A stretch of DNA of 64,000 nucleotides from an uncultured Trueperaceae bacterium. Its GTDB lineage: Bacteria; Deinococcota; Deinococci; Deinococcales; Trueperaceae. The DNA lies in contig CAWCXJ010000005.1 of NCBI GenBank assembly GCA_963799485.1, positions 170,480 through 234,479 of the forward strand. Direction: 5' to 3'. The position numbers and the translations under genes were made by a program. Positions 58,438 to 64,000 of the stretch are shown one piece after another (positions within the stretch are counted from its first letter, which is position 1; each line of letters opens with the position of its first letter). The notes under the pieces are model-generated. The model did not search any database. It was not told the origin of the DNA and worked only from the letters and a program-made list of their open reading frames with translations.

Positions 58438-59326
58438 ACTCCCCCCGCCGCTGCATCACCAGAGAAACCCCGACGAGCAAGATAGACACCGCAATCATCA
58501 ACGCCGACACCGCGTTGATTTCCGGTGGCACGCGCTGTTTTAGCAGCCCGTAAACAAAGAGCGGCAAGGTTGTTGTCCCAACGCCCGCCGTAAAAAACGT
58601 CACCACGAAGTCGTCTAAAGAGATTGTAAAGGCCAAGAGTGCGCCGCCCAAAATGCCCGGTACGAGCGCTGGAAAGGTGATGTGCCAGAACGTTTGCAGG
58701 TGATTTGCGCCGAGGTCTCGAGCGGCTTCCTCGAGCGTCGTGTCCATCGTCGCGAGCCGCGCCCGCACCACCACGGTGACGTAGGCGATATTAAACGCGA
58801 TATGCGCGATGATGATGGTCGCGAAGCCGCTCACGAGCCTTACCCCGAAGATGTTCTGCATGAGCGCGAAAAACGAGTTGAAAAAGACTGCCAGCGCGAC
58901 GCCCTGCGTGATGTCGGGGATAATCACCGGCAGGTAAAAAAGGGCGTCGAACACCCGTTTTCCGGGAAAGTCGCCTCTGTCCACGGCGAGTGCGAAAAGC
59001 GTCCCGATAACTGTAGACGCAACCGTAGAAATCAACCCGACGACGAGCGAATTACGTACCGCGCTTAAGAGCAGTTCAGACTGAAAGCTGAGCCCGTTTG
59101 CGCCGCCCAGCAGGTTTTGATACCAGCGTAGGGTAAACCCGCGCCACACCGAAATCGACTCGGCGTTGTTAAATGAATAGATGATCAGCACCAGAATCGG
59201 TATCCAGAGAAACACATAGGTCAGAATCGGCACCAGCCAGAGACCGGCCCGCCCCAACCGGCGAACGGTGAGGTCGCGGCTCAGTTTGCCCTGATTAAGC
59301 CTGTGTGCTTTGGCTGTTTTGGTCAT
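58436..59326 (-). CDS. potC: Polyamine ABC permease (copy 2, alternative 3' end)
   Basis: Duplicate of 52885-53775; its TGA stop overlaps the tRNA fragment. Confidence 0.9.
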   Translation of the reverse strand: MTKTAKAHRLNQGKLSRDLTVRRLGRAGLWLVPILTYVFLWIPILVLIIYSFNNAESISVWRGFTLRWYQNLLGGANGLSFQSELLLSAVRNSLVVGLISTVASTVIGTLFALAVDRGDFPGKRVFDALFYLPVIIPDITQGVALAVFFNSFFALMQNIFGVRLVSGFATIIIAHIAFNIAYVTVVVRARLATMDTTLEEAARDLGANHLQTFWHITFPALVPGILGGALLAFTISLDDFVVTFFTAGVGTTTLPLFVYGLLKQRVPPEINAVSALMIAVSILLVGVSLVMQRRGE

Positions 59327-59327
59327 A

Positions 59328-60182
59328 CTACTCGCGCCGCTCGCCGTAACGCGTGTAGACGACAAGCCCGACCATGACGATCAGCATCAGCACCACTGAA
59401 ATCGCCGAACCGAGCGGGATGTTGCCGCGTCCGCGAAACTGGCCTTGAATCAGGTTGCCGATCATCAGGCCGCGCGTCCCGCCCAACAGGTCAGGCGTAA
59501 TAAACGAGCCGATTGCGGGGATAAACACAAGTACCGAACCCGCGACGATACCGGGCAAGGTGAGCGGCACGATGATGCGCCAAAACGCCTGGAAATCGTT
59601 TGCGCCCAGGTCACCGGCAGCCTCGACAAAGCGGAAGTCGAGCCGTTCGGTGGCGGCGTAGATCGGCAAGACCATAAAGGGGACAAAGCCGTAAACAAGA
59701 CCCAGCATCACCGCAAACTGCGTATTGAGCATCGTTAGAGGCTCCTGAATGACGCCGAAATTGAGCAAAAGGGCATTGAGTGGGCCTTCGCGTCCCATAA
59801 TGGTTTGCAGCGCGTAGGTGCGGACTAAGAAGTTTGTCCAGAAAGGTAGCAAAATCAAAAAAAGCAAAAACTGCCGGGTGCGCGGGTTGGGGCGGGTGCT
59901 GATAAAAAAGGCGACGGGGAAACCGAGCAAGAGGCAAATCAGGGTTGTTAGGAGGGAAAAATAGAGCGTTCGCCAGATGACCGGCCAGAACACATCGAAG
60001 GTGCGAGTGTAGTTCTCTAAAGTTGCGGGGGCGGTAGGAGTACCGTCTAAGCCGCGAGTAAAAAAGCTCGAGACCAGCACAAAAATGAGCGGCACCAGGA
60101 AAAAAACAATCAGCCAGAAAAGTCCGGGAAAGGCGAGCAGGAGGCTGGGGCCGCGTCCGGTCTTGTTCGTTCTAGAAGCCAA
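59328..60182 (-). CDS. potB: Polyamine ABC permease (copy 2)
   Basis: Duplicate with one S/P difference. Confidence 0.9.
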   Translation of the reverse strand: MASRTNKTGRGPSLLLAFPGLFWLIVFFLVPLIFVLVSSFFTRGLDGTPTAPATLENYTRTFDVFWPVIWRTLYFSLLTTLICLLLGFPVAFFISTRPNPRTRQFLLFLILLPFWTNFLVRTYALQTIMGREGPLNALLLNFGVIQEPLTMLNTQFAVMLGLVYGFVPFMVLPIYAATERLDFRFVEAAGDLGANDFQAFWRIIVPLTLPGIVAGSVLVFIPAIGSFITPDLLGGTRGLMIGNLIQGQFRGRGNIPLGSAISVVLMLIVMVGLVVYTRYGERRE

Positions 60183-60357
60183 GCGTCTCTCCCCTCAACG
60201 CCGGAGCGTTGCGTCAGCATACCTCAAATGCATTTGACAAAGGCTGAGCGGTGTGCGCGGAGGGTCGTGTCAATTTACTCCGCTTTCACACAATGATTGA
60301 CCCCCGCTCAACTACAAGCGGGGGCTTTATGAATTGCGGGCTAATTCGCACCTAATT

Positions 60358-60906
60358 TTACCAAACGAAGTCTTTAACGATGGGAGCGTCGGCGTAGCAA
60401 ATCATGCCAAACTCGTTTTCGCCCGCACAACCTAGAGACGCAGGGATTCCATTTACTTCACCGTTTCTAACATCTACACCGTCAGGGTCGTTCCTGACTT
60501 TTGTGATGATAATGTCGGTGCCAGCTGCGCTTTTGAAAGTTTCTGATGTACCAACGGGGCCACTGCGTAACGCCACGATGTCAACTTTTGCGTAGGTAAG
60601 CTGAGATTTGTAGAACTCTGCCAGCTTGGGGCTCTTGAGAAAAGCGTCTTCGGTAAGCCCCTGTTCCTTGACATAAGTTTTCAAGTTATCTTCGCCGGTC
60701 AGGAAAAGCGCGAGAGGGTAACTATCACGGCCCAAGTCGCTAACGATACCGGAGGCTTTGACCGCCCGAACTTCAAAATCTCCCTCCAGCCCTGGTTGGT
60801 TGATAGCTTCCTCTACAGAGTAGGGGATAGGGTCTGTAGTAGGTTCCGTGTTACAGGCAATCAGGATTACACTAAGAGCTAATAAGCTCAGTACTATCTT
60901 CTTCAC
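60358..60906 (-). CDS. Lipoprotein, possibly FAS1-like (copy 2)
   Basis: Protein identical to copy 1. Confidence 0.6.
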   Translation of the reverse strand: MKKIVLSLLALSVILIACNTEPTTDPIPYSVEEAINQPGLEGDFEVRAVKASGIVSDLGRDSYPLALFLTGEDNLKTYVKEQGLTEDAFLKSPKLAEFYKSQLTYAKVDIVALRSGPVGTSETFKSAAGTDIIITKVRNDPDGVDVRNGEVNGIPASLGCAGENEFGMICYADAPIVKDFVW

Positions 60907-60931
60907 AAGGGTTCTCCGTCCTCTCAATAGC

Positions 60932-61957
60932 CTAATATCGTGTGTTAATGGCTTGAATATCTCTAGCAGTCAGGGCGTTACCGCCTATAATCCCTCCGTA
61001 GCTACCTATCACGGTAAACATAGGCTCTTGCGTGCTTCTTACAAAATCCAGGTTGCTAGTCCTACTAGCGTAGTGCATGACTGAGGCGTAGTCGTAGGTT
61101 GTGCGAGATTCGTGCTCGAATTTCTTCTCAAACTGGGTTTTCCCTTTACTGGTCAGATTGCTCCAGTTCACAACGATGAAAGCATCCCTATCGGTTCGTT
61201 GATGCTTATGCATAAGACCCAGAGCATGTCCGAACTCGTGCAAGATAGTTCCTGGAGTTACGCAACCAGCACCTAGATTGAGGTTTTGCGGCTGCTTGCT
61301 ACTACGACCGGGAACGGCGTAGCAACCGTCATTTCTGTTGGTAAGCATCACGCGGTCGCCGGTCGTGCGGTATCCAACTTGGATATCAGTCAACCTGTCG
61401 AGGGTTGCCAGATTGTTCCTGATTAAAGTCTGTTGTGCAGGAGTGAAAATCCGAAGCGAAATCTGATCGACATAGAGAACACTACCGGGCCAGCCGCCAC
61501 CCCGACGCTCACCACAGATAAAGAGAAAACTGCTCGCACAGTAAGGCTTATACATCGCACCCTGAGCTGAAAGAGCGTCAGAGCCCTGTGCTAGCTGAGC
61601 TTCGTAGGCGGCAAAATCTTTTTGAAGCTCCGTAGTAGTACCTTGAATCACATCAGCTTCAAAAACGATGCCGTTATAAACGGTGTAAGTGTACTCTTCA
61701 CCGTTGCTGAAAGTGTGGGTGCGAATTTGAATCTTGTCCGGGCTCGTTACAGCTTGCGCTTGAACGCCCTTATCTAGAGCTTTGAGCGCTTCCGCAAGCG
61801 TGTCATACCGAGGGTCTTTGGAGAAATCTTCCTGTACCTCTACGGCCTCGACGCCAGGCATGAACTGTTCGTTGACTCTAGTGTTTTCTGTTGTAGCGGC
61901 GGGAACATCAGCTGCGATATTACTGCAGCTTGCTAGAGAAAGACCCAACAGTGCCAC
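60932..61957 (-). CDS. Astacin-family metallopeptidase (copy 2, E>K after the third Zn ligand)
   Basis: HEFGHALGLMHKHQRTDRD. Confidence 0.9.
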   Translation of the reverse strand: MALLGLSLASCSNIAADVPAATTENTRVNEQFMPGVEAVEVQEDFSKDPRYDTLAEALKALDKGVQAQAVTSPDKIQIRTHTFSNGEEYTYTVYNGIVFEADVIQGTTTELQKDFAAYEAQLAQGSDALSAQGAMYKPYCASSFLFICGERRGGGWPGSVLYVDQISLRIFTPAQQTLIRNNLATLDRLTDIQVGYRTTGDRVMLTNRNDGCYAVPGRSSKQPQNLNLGAGCVTPGTILHEFGHALGLMHKHQRTDRDAFIVVNWSNLTSKGKTQFEKKFEHESRTTYDYASVMHYASRTSNLDFVRSTQEPMFTVIGSYGGIIGGNALTARDIQAINTRY

Positions 61958-62148
61958 TAGCCACCTTACACCTGACTCTCATTTACCCGCCAGCTCTGAA
62001 TTTGTCAATACACCTAGATCAGCTAGCGAGCAGAACCACAGAAAAACCGGTAGCGTCAAAGTGAACAACCGTAAAGAGAGAATAGCGTTCGGCCTTGTAT
62101 TCGTAAGAGTCAGGTTTTCTACCGCTGCTTAACTGTGTTGAAGAGATG

Positions 62149-62841
62149 TTAAAGCTTGCGCCGCGCTTTGTCAATAACCTCATGAGCAGATGGTGAAGAT
62201 GTTGTGAGCTGTTTAGCTGTACTTTGCCTCTGGGTGCGGAGTGCACCGATTAAAGGCCGCAGCGCGTCACTTTTGAGTTTGAGCGCGGCGCGGTTGACGA
62301 CAAACCGGGCGGACGAAGTGAGGATGACCTCGAGTTCCTCCAACCCATTGGCCCGAAGCGTCCCGCCGGTCTCGACGATATCGACGACCGCATCGGCTAA
62401 GCCCGCCAGACACGCCAGCTCGACGTTTCCGGCCAGCTTGACGACCTCGGCGCTAAGCCCGCGTTCTTGCAAGTAGCGCCGGGTCGTGTGGGGATATTTC
62501 GAGGCAATCCGCCGCACCGGGCCACGCGCGCCTATGGGCCGAATCAGCGACAAACGGCAGTGGGCGAACCCCAGATCGACGGGTTCGTAAACGCTCCTGC
62601 CGGACTCTAAGAGCACATCTTTCCCGACGACGCCTGCGTCCGCCACGCCCAAATCGACGTAGGTCGGCACATCGGTATTTCGCATCTCGATGATGCGCGC
62701 GCCGCCCGCGTCGTACTGCAAAGCGCGGGTTCCGGGCGGGTCTGAAAGCTCGAGTCCGGCAGCCCGCAAAAGCGTCAAGCTTTTTTGCATCACCCGACCT
62801 TTGGGCAGTGCCAGGGTGAGCTGAGCGCTCGGTTTAAGCAT
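62149..62841 (-). CDS. hisG: ATP phosphoribosyltransferase, short form (copy 2)
   Basis: Duplicate with synonymous differences. Confidence 0.93.
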   Translation of the reverse strand: MLKPSAQLTLALPKGRVMQKSLTLLRAAGLELSDPPGTRALQYDAGGARIIEMRNTDVPTYVDLGVADAGVVGKDVLLESGRSVYEPVDLGFAHCRLSLIRPIGARGPVRRIASKYPHTTRRYLQERGLSAEVVKLAGNVELACLAGLADAVVDIVETGGTLRANGLEELEVILTSSARFVVNRAALKLKSDALRPLIGALRTQRQSTAKQLTTSSPSAHEVIDKARRKL

Positions 62842-63580
62842 GGTCATGAGGTGTTGCGTGAGCAGGTCAAACAAGTCGCACTTCTGCATCCCACTTATGG
62901 TTACAGATTCCTCTATCAAGAATTGCGTGCCCAGGGTGAGCAGGTAGGCTTACACCGCGTCAGAGAACTGCTGGGAGAACTCGAGCTGAACCCGCCGCAG
63001 CCACGCAAGACGAGAAAGCCCACGGCGGCGGTTGCGACACCCGCTGATTGGCCCACTGGTCGTCGGCTACAAATTGACGCGACCCGCTTATCGCTGGCTG
63101 ATGGCGTGTGTTGGGTCTATCACGTGCTGGACGTGCAGTCACGAGTAGTCCTGGCGAGCAAAGCAGTCCGGAGCCTGTCGATGCACCTGGCTAAAGCCGC
63201 GCTCGACGAAGGCGTCGCCGTGCTGCGCTCAATCGGCGTCTCCGGTACTGTCCTGATTCAAAGTGATGGTGGTTCGGACTTTACCAGTGAGGTGTTTCAA
63301 AACGCTTGCTCGCGCTATGGCGCGTGGGTCAGGTGCAAAGTCAGCCAGAGAGGGGGTACGGGAATCCTCGAAAGACTCAACCGAACCTACAAATACACCT
63401 TCGCCTTCAGGCACGACTGGAAATCGCTCGCTGAAGTACAAGCTGCCTTACCTGACTTTCACCGCTGGTATAACCGCGAGCGGCGACACTCGGCGCTGAA
63501 CTACACTACCCCTTGGGCTGCACTGACTGGAGCAGCAAACCCTCGCTTAGCTGCTTGAAGGGATTGTTGGAGCAGTACCA
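62842..63580 (+). mobile_element. 5'-truncated IS3-family element (copy 2)
   Basis: Duplicate of 57291-58029 with several substitutions. Confidence 0.85.
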
Positions 63581-63927
63581 CATGCCCTAATTTTACTGTT
63601 TTTTTGGAGTCTATCCCCTAGCACTCGAGGTTCTTAATTTCTCGTTCTCTGCCTCACTTAACTCGATATAGCTTCCTCCTCGCTTTGTCGTCCCTTGGTA
63701 TTCGCCTTCAACCTACTTCCTTAGGTTGCGTGTACTTAGTCTCGACACCTTGCGTGCTGCCATTTCAGCTCGTTCCAGTTCCGCTAAAATTGGCCTCGAT
63801 ATTTGTCTGTAACTTTTGTTCTCGTAGTGAGCCCTCAGGTATTTAGAACCCGACTTTACAATTGCCCTCAAGGTCCGCTCTTGACGCCGACAAAAGAACC
63901 CGGGTATTCTATCTTTTGTCGTATCGG

Positions 63928-64000
63928 GGGGCTTTAGCTCAGCTGGGAGAGCACCTGCTTTGCAAGCAGGGGGTCATCAGTTCAAATCTGATAAGCTCCA
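63928..64000 (+). tRNA. tRNA-Ala(TGC), intact to the discriminator base
   Basis: GGGGCTT/AAGCTCC acceptor stem with G3:U70, TGC anticodon, ATCAG-TTCAAAT-CTGAT T arm. Confidence 0.97.

Larger units (their letters stand above)
52887..63988. repeat. Direct tandem duplication of a 5,551-bp unit (52887-58437 and 58438-63988)
   Basis: All ORFs recur at a +5551 offset; about 20 scattered substitutions plus one dense divergent patch. Confidence 0.97.

Noticed and set aside
57291..63580. Composite transposon formed by the two IS copies
   Set aside because: Both copies are truncated identically and lie inside the repeat unit, so they were passively duplicated.

Overview
GC-rich bacterial chromosomal window, most consistent with Deinococcota (Truepera-like): Thermus/Deinococcus-type Mfd and MglB, and many genes with a -10 box directly ahead of the start codon. 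Contents in order: (i) iron-siderophore uptake locus with a nitroreductase, two binding proteins and a flavodoxin carrying an extra N-terminal domain; (ii) core genes rsmI, mfd and era mixed with small accessory genes and orphan or decayed antitoxins; (iii) an L-rhamnose catabolic operon (DeoR, isomerase, lutABC, bifunctional aldolase/dehydrogenase); (iv) a low-GC AAA+ ATPase, P450, methyltransferase and flavin reductase; (v) two sugar ABC systems, a DEAD-box helicase, LysR, DUF1338, fadIJ and an xpt pseudogene; (vi) a stand-alone secreted 41-aa xMSGG-repeat peptide that the ORF track misses; (vii) a polyamine ABC system split into convergent halves with a C45 hydrolase and a GNAT; (viii) a 5,551-bp tandem duplication (potC, potB, lipoprotein, astacin, hisG, IS3 remnant, tRNA-Ala). 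The duplication junction lies at the tRNA-Ala T-loop, and its first ~80 bp are a mostly synonymously recoded potC 3' end. Other unexplained signals: a promoter- and terminator-bounded ~69-nt hairpin RNA with a C-rich loop, a chain of TGATG-coupled minigenes inside the iron permease operon, heptamer intergenic repeats, and strong CTCGAG over-representation. All family calls come from motif recognition by eye; no database searches were run.
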